NCBI GenBank assembly: GCA_046861395.1
Contig: JBHHUC010000034.1
Coordinates: 1-21,727 of the forward strand
DNA length: 21,727 bases
Reading direction: 5' to 3'
Source of the DNA: Fidelibacterota bacterium
GTDB lineage: Bacteria > Fidelibacterota > Marinisomatia > Marinisomatales > JABMOV01
Below the pieces are notes generated by a model, which saw only the letters and a program-made list of their open reading frames with translations, did not search any database and was not told where the DNA came from. Positions 8,288 to 17,496 of this stretch are shown here, piece after piece; position 1 is the stretch's first letter; the number at the start of each line of letters is the position of its first letter. The position numbers and the translations under genes are program-made.

Positions 8288-9074
8288 GAATGTGACCGGA
8301 TCAGTAAAGCAGAATCGTTCCCTGGCACAGAATATTTGGGAAATGGAGATTCATGCCCCCGAAATCGTACGGAATTATCAGGGCGCCGGTCAGTTCGTGA
8401 ATATCCTGCCCCAACCTTCCTGGGATCATCCACTGCGTCGCCCCATGAGTATTGCATCAGTTGCCAATGATTCCTTCACCATTATTTATAAGGTCATGGG
8501 CCGGCAGACCCAGCTCATGTCCACTTTTCAACCCGGCAATAACCTGAAAATCCTGGGTCCGTTGGGCAATACTTTTTCCTTTCCGGCCGAAGGAGAAATA
8601 CCCATTCTAGTGGGCGGTGGTGTGGGGTTAGCTCCAGTACTGAACTACCGTGGTGAACTGCAGCGACGGAATGTGTTCCCGATCCTAATACTGGGAGCCC
8701 GTACTGCGGCGGAACATTTCCTGGCTCACCAACCCGATGAACAGGTTTACCTTACTACCGATGACGGCTCAATGGGAATCACAGGCACCGTCATTCCCAC
8801 AATGATCACAAAGGCCCGGAAATATTCCCGTGCGCGAATCTATGCGTGCGGCCCCGAGCCCATGCTGAAGGCGGTTCAGCTTGCTGCCGAAAAACATCAA
8901 TTAACGGCTGAATTATCCGTGGAAAGCTATATGGGCTGCGGTGTGGGATTATGCCAGGGATGCGTCATCCGAAGCAAGGAACAGGCAACGACCGAACATT
9001 CTTACCACAAAACCTATTCCCTGGTCTGTACCGACGGGCCGGTTTATGAAGCAACTGAGGTCTGCTTTGACTGA
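8280..9074 (+). CDS. pyrK: Dihydroorotate dehydrogenase B electron-transfer subunit; probable TTG start at 8280
   Basis: GQFVNI, LRRPMSIA (FAD), GPLGN, LVGGGVGLAP (NAD), ACGPEPML, MGCGVGLCQGC...VCTDGPV (2Fe-2S); lies directly upstream of pyrD. Confidence 0.92.
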   Translation: MIKNVTGSVKQNRSLAQNIWEMEIHAPEIVRNYQGAGQFVNILPQPSWDHPLRRPMSIASVANDSFTIIYKVMGRQTQLMSTFQPGNNLKILGPLGNTFSFPAEGEIPILVGGGVGLAPVLNYRGELQRRNVFPILILGARTAAEHFLAHQPDEQVYLTTDDGSMGITGTVIPTMITKARKYSRARIYACGPEPMLKAVQLAAEKHQLTAELSVESYMGCGVGLCQGCVIRSKEQATTEHSYHKTYSLVCTDGPVYEATEVCFD

Positions 9075-9990
9075 TTTATCCGTAAAGATTGGATCGGTTA
9101 CCTTCCAGAATCCTGTTTTTGTTGCTTCGGGGACATTCGGATACGGTTTGGAAGCCTCGGGTCTGATGGATCAGAGCAGATTGGGTGCTATTGTGACAAA
9201 ATCGATAACCCTCCATCCCCGGGAAGGGAATCCACCGCCACGTATAGTCGAAACCGACAGCGGAATGCTGAATTCCATTGGGCTAGCCAACGTCGGTGTG
9301 GAGAAATATATCACTGATTTCCTGCCCCGGTTCAGCACTTTGAAAGCCAATATTATTACCAATATTGCCGGCTGGACCGAAGTCGAATATGTTGAAGTGT
9401 TAAATAAATTGGAATCCGTATCGTCCGTAATAACAGGATATGAAATAAATATATCTTGTCCTAATGTAAAGAAGGGAGGAATGGAATTTGGGGTGGACCC
9501 GGCCACTGCTGAACGGTTAACGGCAACTTTGCGGCGGAATACGGAAAAGTTGTTGATCATGAAATTAAGTCCCAATGTAACCGATATCGGGCAGATTGCC
9601 AGAGCAGTGGAGAATGGTGGTGCCGATGCCATTTCCGCCATAAACACGGTCGTAGGAATGAGTGTGAATCCCCTGACGCGAAAACCCAACATCCATACGA
9701 CCTATGGTGGATTATCGGGGCCGGCGATCAAACCAATTGGTCTGGCAATGGTACATAAAATTCATCAGGCTGTCCGTATTCCCATCATCGGTATCGGGGG
9801 AATTGTTTCCGGGCTAGATGCGGTGGAATATCTGCTGGCTGGTGCGACGGCGATTCAAGTCGGTACGGCGAATTTCCGCACTCCGGATGCAGCCGTTAAA
9901 ATCCTGGAAGAAATCGAGGACTATGTCCGGGAACAAAATATTGCTAATGTCTCATCCCTGACAGGACAATTACAATCGTATGAAAAATAA
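9067..9990 (+). CDS. pyrD: Dihydroorotate dehydrogenase family 1B catalytic subunit; probable TTG start at 9067
   Basis: NPVFVASGTFGYG, REGNPPPRIVET, MLNSIGLAN, EINISCPNVK, KLSPNVTDI, GGLSGPAIKP, IPIIGIGGI; GAGG RBS at 9057-9060. Confidence 0.96.
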   Translation: MTDLSVKIGSVTFQNPVFVASGTFGYGLEASGLMDQSRLGAIVTKSITLHPREGNPPPRIVETDSGMLNSIGLANVGVEKYITDFLPRFSTLKANIITNIAGWTEVEYVEVLNKLESVSSVITGYEINISCPNVKKGGMEFGVDPATAERLTATLRRNTEKLLIMKLSPNVTDIGQIARAVENGGADAISAINTVVGMSVNPLTRKPNIHTTYGGLSGPAIKPIGLAMVHKIHQAVRIPIIGIGGIVSGLDAVEYLLAGATAIQVGTANFRTPDAAVKILEEIEDYVREQNIANVSSLTGQLQSYEK

Positions 9991-10444
9991 GATATTTATT
10001 ACAATATTTGCTCTGCTGCTTATTCAGTCCTGCAGTAATGCTCCCCGGTATACCAGCACAACTTCGCCACGGAAAGCAACTTCCCGGGAAAAAATGAAAT
10101 CCCGGTCTATTAAGAAAGTATATTATGGTATCAGTTCGTTCTATGCCGAAGATTTTCACGGCAAGCTGACGGCCAATGGTGAGGTCTACGATATGTACGG
10201 ACTTACGGCAGCGCATAAGACCTTACCTTTGAATACGATTGTTCGTGTCACTAATTTGGAAAACAATAAATCCATCACCCTGCGTATCAATGATCGTGGT
10301 CCTTACATACCCGGACGGATTCTGGACTGTTCCTACGGTGCTGCGGTGAAGCTGGGCTTCGTCAATCAGGGCACAACCAGGGTTAAAATAGAAGTATTGG
10401 AAATCGGGGATAATAAATACATGAAACATAAGGATGAATCATGA
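9980..10444 (+). CDS. rlpA: RlpA-family (double-psi beta-barrel) lipoprotein, lytic transglycosylase-like, without a SPOR domain
   Basis: Lipobox IQSC; GISSFYAEDFHGKLTANGEVYDMYGLTAAHKTLPL, VRVTNLEN, RINDRGPY, RILDCSYGAA. Confidence 0.92.
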   Translation: MKNKIFITIFALLLIQSCSNAPRYTSTTSPRKATSREKMKSRSIKKVYYGISSFYAEDFHGKLTANGEVYDMYGLTAAHKTLPLNTIVRVTNLENNKSITLRINDRGPYIPGRILDCSYGAAVKLGFVNQGTTRVKIEVLEIGDNKYMKHKDES

Positions 10445-11325
10445 AATACTATCTGGCAGTTAATCCTCATGGCGGAATGAAAAAAGGAATGGCAATCCTG
10501 GAAAAAGTGGAACCGATTTTTAAACAGGCCGGGGCTGAACTGGATATCCGCGAAACCCGTTATGCCGGTCATGCCCGTGTCATGGCCAATACATTTTCGT
10601 TTGAAGGTTACGACGGATTTTGTGCCATCGGCGGTGATGGTACCATGCATGAAGTCATTAACGGAATGTTGAGCCGCGAAGACGGCGCCAAGCTGCCCAT
10701 CGGTCTCATTACCGGCGGCACTGGTAATTCATTCATGCATGATCTGGATTGTTTGGATCCGGTAGTAGCCGCCAAGCGGATCGTCACCGGTCGACTGCGG
10801 CCCGTAGATGTGGCCCGGGTGGATGCCAACGGTGAAATCATTTACGGATTCAATATTATCGGCTGGGGCTTGCCCACTGACATTACCCTGCAGGCCGAAA
10901 ATTTTCGCTGGTTTGGCGGACAGCGGTACAATATTGCTTCTCTCATTGAGGTGGTGAAGAATACACCCCGTCTGGCGCGGATTATCATTGACGGCCGCAC
11001 CGTTGCCGGCGATTACGGGTTTGTCCTGGCCTGTAATACCATACACACCGGCACCGCCATGAAAGCGGCCCCCTTGGCGCAGATTGATGATGGTTTAATC
11101 GACCTGTTAACGGTACGAAAAGCGGGACGTCTGAAGCTGCTGATCCTGTTTTCAAAGATATTTTCGGGCGCCCATGTGGGTGATCCAGCTGTGGTGTATA
11201 ATCAGGCCCGGGAGTTTTCCATTATTCCCCAGGAAAATTATCCCCTGAATATTGACGGCGAAATTCTGGGCAGCACGCCGATTCATGTAAAAATGATTCC
11301 AAGCGCAATCGAAGTTCTCGTCTAA
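10441..11325 (+). CDS. Diacylglycerol/sphingosine kinase family lipid kinase (YegS/DagK-like)
   Basis: VNPHGG, ETRYAGHA, GGDGTMHEVINGM, GGTGNSF, PLAQIDDGLID, NIDGE. Confidence 0.92.
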   Translation: MKYYLAVNPHGGMKKGMAILEKVEPIFKQAGAELDIRETRYAGHARVMANTFSFEGYDGFCAIGGDGTMHEVINGMLSREDGAKLPIGLITGGTGNSFMHDLDCLDPVVAAKRIVTGRLRPVDVARVDANGEIIYGFNIIGWGLPTDITLQAENFRWFGGQRYNIASLIEVVKNTPRLARIIIDGRTVAGDYGFVLACNTIHTGTAMKAAPLAQIDDGLIDLLTVRKAGRLKLLILFSKIFSGAHVGDPAVVYNQAREFSIIPQENYPLNIDGEILGSTPIHVKMIPSAIEVLV

Positions 11326-11430
11326 CAGCCATCCAAATTTATTTTTAATGTATCGGCCCGTGATGGAGTCCTTTTTCATTGGTAAGCATCCCGGTTCATC
11401 ATTATTTTTTTACTCTATTATTTTCACGTC

Positions 11431-12246
11431 ATGCCTGATAATCTTTCACAAAGAATGCTCGTCAATGTCCTCGGTATCCCCGGAGGATTATATTTATTAT
11501 ATGTCGGAAAAATTTATTTTGCCGTATTTATGACCATCATAATGCTTTTGGCCCTAAATGAATTCTACAACATCCATCAGAAAGACGATTTGTCTATCCA
11601 GCACTGGCTGGGCTGGGGAGCCACTCTGGGTATTGCCTGGTATTATTTTCTTTTGCCCCAGGGATCGCTGGCCTTCTTGATGGTATTAATGGTGACGGCC
11701 ATCCTGACGGCCCTGATCATTGAAATGTTTCGTAATCGAACTCACCCGGGACGAAATATAGGTCTCACACTATTAGGTATTGCCTATATTCCGGTTCTTC
11801 TGGGAATGATCATTGCGTTACGGCAATATGATACGGCTTCAGGTACGCGCTTGACCATGAGCATGGTTTTGGCCATCTGGACCTGCGATTCGCTGGCCTA
11901 TGCATTTGGGAAAAAATGGGGGAAGAAGAAGATCTTTCCCAGGGTCAGTCCTAAAAAATCCGTAGTAGGAACCATCGCGGGTCTGTCCGGCGCCATCCTG
12001 CTGCTTCTGGGATTGAACCAAGTCGGATTTTTAGGCAAGGATTATTCTTGGCCGGCCGTAGTCCTGCTGGGGTTGATTACCGGTGGTTTCGGCCAGGTCG
12101 GTGATTTTGTAGAATCCATGTTTAAACGATCGGTTGGTGTGAAAGATTCCGGTACCTTACTTCAGGGACACGGCGGAGTACTGGACCGGTTTGATTCAAT
12201 GATTTTTGCCAGTCCGCTGGTATACCTCTTTGCAACAACATTTTAA
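11431..12246 (+). CDS. cdsA: Phosphatidate cytidylyltransferase
   Basis: Polytopic membrane protein with WTCDSLAYAFGK, PRVSPKKS, GDFVESMFKRSVGVKDSG.LL.GHGGVLDRFDS. Confidence 0.95.
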   Translation: MPDNLSQRMLVNVLGIPGGLYLLYVGKIYFAVFMTIIMLLALNEFYNIHQKDDLSIQHWLGWGATLGIAWYYFLLPQGSLAFLMVLMVTAILTALIIEMFRNRTHPGRNIGLTLLGIAYIPVLLGMIIALRQYDTASGTRLTMSMVLAIWTCDSLAYAFGKKWGKKKIFPRVSPKKSVVGTIAGLSGAILLLLGLNQVGFLGKDYSWPAVVLLGLITGGFGQVGDFVESMFKRSVGVKDSGTLLQGHGGVLDRFDSMIFASPLVYLFATTF

Positions 12247-12261
12247 CACAGGTTTATACGA

Positions 12262-14094
12262 ATGGAATTAAAATCTATCTTGGCTACGGACTGCGGTTCG
12301 ACAACCACCAAAGCCATATTGATTGAAAAAGTGGATGGAGAGTATCGCCTGCGGGTCCGCGGTGAAGCTCCCACGACGGTTGAAGCCCCTTTTGAAGACG
12401 TGACGAAAGGGGTGTTGAATGCTGTCATGGAAGTGGAAGAACTTTCCGGACGCAAGCTGCTTGAAAATGACCGCATCATTACTCCGCAAAACGGCGATAC
12501 AGGTGTTGATATCTATGTATCCACCAGTTCCGCCGGCGGTGGACTGCAAATGATGGTGGCCGGCGTTGTCAAATCCATGACTGGTGAAAGCGCCGAACGG
12601 GCTGCGCTGGGCGCCGGGTCCATTGTGATGGATGTCCTGGCGTCGAACGACGGTCGGTTGGCACACGAAAAAATCACACGGATTCGCCAGCTGCGACCGG
12701 ACATGATTTTACTGTCCGGAGGGATTGACGGCGGAACCGTTTCACACGTGGTGGAATTGGCAGAAATCCTGGCCGCCGCCAACCCGAAACCGCGCCTGGG
12801 ACATGATTATAAATTACCGGTCATTTATGCCGGGAATGCCAAGGCCCAGGATGCCGTCCGGAAAACACTGGGTGACATTACTGATCTGGATATCGTAGAA
12901 AATATCCGCCCCGTACTGGAACGGGAAAACCTGGGACCGTCACGTGATAAGATTCATGATTTATTCATGGAACATGTCATGGCACAGGCTCCGGGTTATA
13001 AAAAATTAATGTCCTGGACCGACGCTCCCATCATGCCCACACCCGGTGCCGTGGGATCACTGATTGAAATGATTGCCAAGGAAGAAAATATTACTGTGGT
13101 GGGTGTCGATATCGGTGGAGCTACTACCGACATATTCTCAGTCTTTCAGGGACAGTTCAACCGGACCGTAAGTGCCAATCTGGGGATGAGCTATTCTGTC
13201 TGTAATGTTCTGGCGGAAGCTACCCTGGACAATGTATTGCGGTGGGTACCGTTCGACATTGATACGGGCGAATTGACCAACCGGATCGGCAATAAAATGA
13301 TCCGGCCTACAACCGTACCCCAATCTCTGGAAGAGTTGATTATTGAACAGGCCATTGCGCGGGAAGCACTACGCCTCTCCTTTATCCAGCACAAATCTTT
13401 TGCCGTGAATCTGAAAGGTATTCAGAAGGAGAGGACGATTTCTGATGCCTTTGAACAGTCGGAATCAGGGCAATCCCTGGTAAACATGATGGAACTGGAC
13501 CTGATTGTTGGGTCCGGTGGCGTATTATCCCATGCTCCACGACGCAACCAATCGGCCCGGATGCTGATTGATTCATTTTTACCTGAAGGCATTACCCAAC
13601 TGGCGGTGGATTCTATTTTCATGATGCCGCAATTGGGCGTGTTGGCCAATATCGACAAAGAAGATTTATCGCAGGAAGCCCGGCGCGCGGCACTGGGCGT
13701 TTTTGAAAAAGATTGTTTGATCCGGTTGGGGACTTGCATCGCTCCCGTGGGGAAAGTGAAACCGGGAGTTACTCTGGTCACGGTGGAATTTAATATGCCG
13801 AACGGTAATACGGTGCGCCGGGAATTACGAACCGGCGAAATGTGCGTCATTGAAGCGCCCTATGAACCGATTAAAGCCACCCTGGTACCGCATAAATCGG
13901 TGAATGTGGGAGCCGGAAAGGGCGAACCCATTACCACGACGGTCTATGGCGGCGTGGTGGGTATTATGCTGGACGGTCGGGGACGACCTCTCGAACTGCC
14001 GACGGAGCCGGAACAGCGTATTGAGAAATTGAGTACGTGGTCACGGGATTTCAACGAATATCCGGACTATCAAATCAACCGTAAAAAGAATTAA
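12262..14094 (+). CDS. GlmL/MutL-like (glutamate/methylaspartate mutase accessory) ASKHA-fold ATPase with a C-terminal extension
   Basis: Phosphate-1 TDCGSTTTKA, STSSAGGGLQM, PDMILLSGGIDGG, VIYAGN, MPTPGAV, phosphate-2 VDIGGATTDIFS, RTVSANLGM, IVGSGGVLSHAP are GlmL-family motifs. Confidence 0.82.
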   Translation: MELKSILATDCGSTTTKAILIEKVDGEYRLRVRGEAPTTVEAPFEDVTKGVLNAVMEVEELSGRKLLENDRIITPQNGDTGVDIYVSTSSAGGGLQMMVAGVVKSMTGESAERAALGAGSIVMDVLASNDGRLAHEKITRIRQLRPDMILLSGGIDGGTVSHVVELAEILAAANPKPRLGHDYKLPVIYAGNAKAQDAVRKTLGDITDLDIVENIRPVLERENLGPSRDKIHDLFMEHVMAQAPGYKKLMSWTDAPIMPTPGAVGSLIEMIAKEENITVVGVDIGGATTDIFSVFQGQFNRTVSANLGMSYSVCNVLAEATLDNVLRWVPFDIDTGELTNRIGNKMIRPTTVPQSLEELIIEQAIAREALRLSFIQHKSFAVNLKGIQKERTISDAFEQSESGQSLVNMMELDLIVGSGGVLSHAPRRNQSARMLIDSFLPEGITQLAVDSIFMMPQLGVLANIDKEDLSQEARRAALGVFEKDCLIRLGTCIAPVGKVKPGVTLVTVEFNMPNGNTVRRELRTGEMCVIEAPYEPIKATLVPHKSVNVGAGKGEPITTTVYGGVVGIMLDGRGRPLELPTEPEQRIEKLSTWSRDFNEYPDYQINRKKN

Positions 14095-14103
14095 AGGGTA
14101 ATT

Positions 14104-15231
14104 ATGGCTCATTCATATACACCGGGACTAAAAGTATTGCATGAGACGATTGTTCATAAGGAACGACGTTTGCCATTGAAGGGCGAAGTGGTAGTTAAGA
14201 AGGGTGATCGGGTCCGGCCCGATGATATTGTGGCCCGCACCGATTTACCAGGTAATGTTCAAATGGTCAATGTCGCCAATATCCTGAATGCCGAACCCAG
14301 CGATATACATGATGTCATGTTGAAACAGGTCGGTGATACTATTAAAAAAGATGAATTCCTGGCCGAATCGAAGGGCTTGTTCGGCCTATTTAAATCCCAG
14401 GTGAAATCTCCGGTGGACGGCACGGTGGAATCCATATCCACAGTGACGGGGCAGGTCGTCCTGCGGGAAGCACCCATTCCCGTTTCCGTGGATGCCTACG
14501 TGGAAGGAACCGTGACGGATGTATTGCCCGAAGAAGGGGTTGAGATCAAAACCCAGGCCGTATTCATCCAGGGAATCTTTGGCATCGGGGGAGAAAGCCG
14601 TGGCAATGTCAGGGTCATTGTTGAAAATCGGGATGACGAAATCAGGGCTAATATGATTACACCCGACATGAAAGGGGAGATCGTTGTTGGCGGATCTTTT
14701 ATCACTCTGGAAGCCTATCAAAAGGCGATCAAACTGGGGCTGGCCGGAGTCGTGGTCGGCGGCTTCAATTATCAGGATTTAAATCCCATACTGGGCTATA
14801 CGCTTGGCGTGGCCATTACCGGTTCGGAAGATCTGACAACATCCCTGATTGTGACCGAGGGATACGGGAAAATTCAAATGGGACATCGCACTTTTGATTT
14901 GCTGAATAAATATAACGGAAAGTTCTGCTCCATTAACGGCGCAACACAAATTCGTGCTGGTGTTATTCGTCCTGAAATCGTCATTCCCTTATCCCAGGAA
15001 GATCTGACGGGAGACCATAAGGAAATCAATGCCAGTGAGGGTATCAGTGCCGGCAGCCTGGTGCGGGTTATCCGCGCGCCTTATTTCGGTCGGTTGGGAA
15101 TCGTGAAGGATTTACCGTCCGAATTGCAGAAAATGGAATCGGAAACCATGGTTCGTGTGGCAGAAGTGGAAATTGATGGTGAAATTATCACCATTCCACG
15201 CTCCAACCTTGAAATGGTTGAAACCGATTAA
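14104..15231 (+). CDS. Uncharacterised soluble protein: N-terminal barrel-sandwich-hybrid motifs, central alpha/beta domain, C-terminal KOW/SH3-like motif
   Basis: GEVVVKKGDRVRPDDIVA and KQVGDTIKKDEFLA...KSPVDGTVESI (hybrid motif); GSLVRVIRAPYFGRLGIV (KOW-like); AAAGGG RBS. Confidence 0.8.
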   Translation: MAHSYTPGLKVLHETIVHKERRLPLKGEVVVKKGDRVRPDDIVARTDLPGNVQMVNVANILNAEPSDIHDVMLKQVGDTIKKDEFLAESKGLFGLFKSQVKSPVDGTVESISTVTGQVVLREAPIPVSVDAYVEGTVTDVLPEEGVEIKTQAVFIQGIFGIGGESRGNVRVIVENRDDEIRANMITPDMKGEIVVGGSFITLEAYQKAIKLGLAGVVVGGFNYQDLNPILGYTLGVAITGSEDLTTSLIVTEGYGKIQMGHRTFDLLNKYNGKFCSINGATQIRAGVIRPEIVIPLSQEDLTGDHKEINASEGISAGSLVRVIRAPYFGRLGIVKDLPSELQKMESETMVRVAEVEIDGEIITIPRSNLEMVETD

Positions 15232-15570
15232 ATGGATTTGACGACACCGGTTTCATTGAATGATACATCCCTGTCAGATGATGACCGGGAATTCATACGG
15301 CGAATCGCCCGAAAGATTCACGCCTCCGGACTGGTCACACCGGCCGTATTATTCCTGGAAATGAGCAAACCGCTGGCCTTATTAGGCAGTCATGCCGCGA
15401 TTTTTTTCGGTCCGATTCTGAATGCCTTTATTCAGGCCGACGGCTATTACCGGGCCGTGGAAATTTTTGAAGACCCGGACCATGTAGAAATTTTAATTTA
15501 TGAACTGGAAAACCTGGAAGCAGGAAACGCTGAATCGGAGACGAACGATTCAGCCGATCCTGAACCGTAA
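15232..15570 (+). CDS. Small hypothetical protein with one hydrophobic/amphipathic segment
   Basis: ATG directly follows the previous TAA; segment LVTPAVLFLEMSKPLALLGSHAAIFFGPIL; acidic tail. Confidence 0.78.
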   Translation: MDLTTPVSLNDTSLSDDDREFIRRIARKIHASGLVTPAVLFLEMSKPLALLGSHAAIFFGPILNAFIQADGYYRAVEIFEDPDHVEILIYELENLEAGNAESETNDSADPEP

Positions 15571-15588
15571 ATCAGTTGGGAGTTGCCT

Positions 15589-16452
15589 GTGAACGATAAA
15601 CAATTTTGGGGAGTAACCGGAGGCCTGGCCGCTGTATTCCTGATATACTGGCTATTAGGTCATCCATTGTTCAAGCCTGAACGAATCGTAATGTTCTTTG
15701 CGATTTTGATCGTGGCCGGTACATTGTTGTATTATATCCGGAAAGCCCATCGCGGCGAAGAAATCTTCCTGCGAACCATTCCCGGTTTAAAAGCTGTGGA
15801 AGAAGCCGTCGGTCGGTCTACCGAAATGGGTAAGCCGGTTCTATATGTACCCGGTATCATGGATATGGATCAGGTGGAAACGGTGGCCGGTGTCATTGTC
15901 CTGGGTCATGTGGCCAAAATGACCGCTCGTTATGAAACATCGTTGAATGTTCCTGTATCCCGGGCCATTGTTATGAAAGCGGCCCGCGAATCCTGCCGCG
16001 AATCCTATTTGCTGGAAGGCCGTCCGGATTTATTCCACAATGATATGGTCCATTATTTGACAGACGACCAATTTGCCTACGCTGCAGGTGTAAACGGCAT
16101 CATGCTGCGGGAAAAGCCGGCAGCCTGTCTCTATATGGGAAAATTCTATGCTGAATCGCTCCTGCTGGCCGAAACGGGAAACTCCATCGGAGCCATCCAG
16201 ATTGCTGGAACGGCTTCCCCGTCCCAGATTCCCTTCTTCGTCACGGCCTGTGATTATACCCTGATTGGAGAAGAATTTTTCGCCGCCAGTGCCTATCTGT
16301 CACGTAAACCGGAATTGGTGGGCGGAGTCAAGGGTCAGGATATGGTGAAAGTATATATCCTGGCCAGTGTCGTACTGGCGACTATCCTGCGTCTCTTTTT
16401 CGACCTGGGATGGCTCAGCTGGAATGTATTAGACTTTTTAACCATCCAGTAA
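15589..16452 (+). CDS. DUF6754-like membrane protein; GTG at 15589 or TTG at 15583
   Basis: Two N-terminal TM helices, soluble domain (IPGLKAVEEAVGRSTEMGKPV; DQFAYAAG; AESLLLAETG; QIPFFVTACDYTLIGEEFFAASAYLS), C-terminal TM. Family name is from recall of these motifs, not from a search. Confidence 0.75.
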   Translation: MNDKQFWGVTGGLAAVFLIYWLLGHPLFKPERIVMFFAILIVAGTLLYYIRKAHRGEEIFLRTIPGLKAVEEAVGRSTEMGKPVLYVPGIMDMDQVETVAGVIVLGHVAKMTARYETSLNVPVSRAIVMKAARESCRESYLLEGRPDLFHNDMVHYLTDDQFAYAAGVNGIMLREKPAACLYMGKFYAESLLLAETGNSIGAIQIAGTASPSQIPFFVTACDYTLIGEEFFAASAYLSRKPELVGGVKGQDMVKVYILASVVLATILRLFFDLGWLSWNVLDFLTIQ

Positions 16453-16462
16453 GAGGTTTATT

Positions 16463-17494
16463 ATGGTTTGGAAACGATTGATTCCCATTGCCATTGCGGC
16501 AGTGGTTGGATTTATAACACTGTTTGGATGGTTCATTGATCAGCCGGGTATTGAAACATTTGTCAATGATGATGCGACACAATGGTTTGATATTCTGGCC
16601 AGCTTTGCCATTTTCCTTGGCGCGCTGAACCTCCTGAAACTGCAGTTCAATAAGATCATCAAGAAACAAAAAGGCTGGCCCTATGCCTTGCTGGCAATTC
16701 TGGGATTTTTATTTGCCTTCAATGCCGGCTTTCTCATGCGCGGGGCCTATTTTGTGGAAATTACCGGCCCCGGTGATTCCATTACACAGGTGGCTGAAGC
16801 ATTATCAGAAGAAACCGGTCTGACAGATGAAGCGGCTCGGAATATCCTGCTGCTCGTTACGCCGGATAAACCATACCGTCTGGAAAAGGCCTACTTCACT
16901 GAGGGAGGAGCGGAAGAATTCCTGTCTAAATTAACGGGAGCCGGGGCGGTCGCGAGGGTAGATCCCGTGGAATGGGGTGCGCACGTATCCACCAAGGGCA
17001 GTCTGTTCCGCTGGATGTTTGATTTCATCTTTACCCCCTTGTCTGCCACCATGTTTGCCTTGTTGGCCTTTTTCGTGGCTTCGGCCTCCTACCGCGCGTT
17101 TAAAATCCGCAACTTCGAAGCGACCCTACTACTGGTATCCGGTATTATCATCATGCTGGGACGGGTCCCCATCGGAAGTAATATTTCCGCCTGGTTTGTC
17201 ATGTATATCCTGGTGCTGGTCGCCGGCATTTTCGTGAATTCCAAATGGCGGAACAGGCAATGGACTTTCGGCACGGTTCTGGGGGGGATCGTCATTGTTA
17301 CCATTGCCGGATTCGTTACCGGCTGGCCGATGGATCAACCGGCCATTTTCTATCTTCCGATCCTGCAGGACTGGATTTATAACAATCCCAATGTGGCCGG
17401 CGCCCGTGCCATTATGATCGGAATCGGACTGGGTATTTTTGCCACGTCGATTCGTTACATCCTCGGAATCGAAAAATCCTATATCGGAGAATAG
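16463..17494 (+). CDS. Uncharacterised polytopic membrane protein with a soluble insert of about 70 aa
   Basis: About 8 hydrophobic helices; PLSATMFALLAFFVASASYRAFKIRN and AGARAIMIGIGLG; AGAGG RBS. Confidence 0.82.
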   Translation: MVWKRLIPIAIAAVVGFITLFGWFIDQPGIETFVNDDATQWFDILASFAIFLGALNLLKLQFNKIIKKQKGWPYALLAILGFLFAFNAGFLMRGAYFVEITGPGDSITQVAEALSEETGLTDEAARNILLLVTPDKPYRLEKAYFTEGGAEEFLSKLTGAGAVARVDPVEWGAHVSTKGSLFRWMFDFIFTPLSATMFALLAFFVASASYRAFKIRNFEATLLLVSGIIIMLGRVPIGSNISAWFVMYILVLVAGIFVNSKWRNRQWTFGTVLGGIVIVTIAGFVTGWPMDQPAIFYLPILQDWIYNNPNVAGARAIMIGIGLGIFATSIRYILGIEKSYIGE

Positions 17495-17496
17495 TC

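Noticed and set aside
11348..11533. 61-aa ORF upstream of and overlapping cdsA, considered as a leader peptide
   Set aside because: Low-complexity AT-rich translation out of frame with cdsA, with no RBS or attenuator structure seen.
12262..14094. Calling this gene DNA mismatch repair MutL or part of a glutamate mutase operon
   Set aside because: Motifs are ASKHA-type, not the GHKL type of repair MutL, and no mutase S/E subunits are adjacent.
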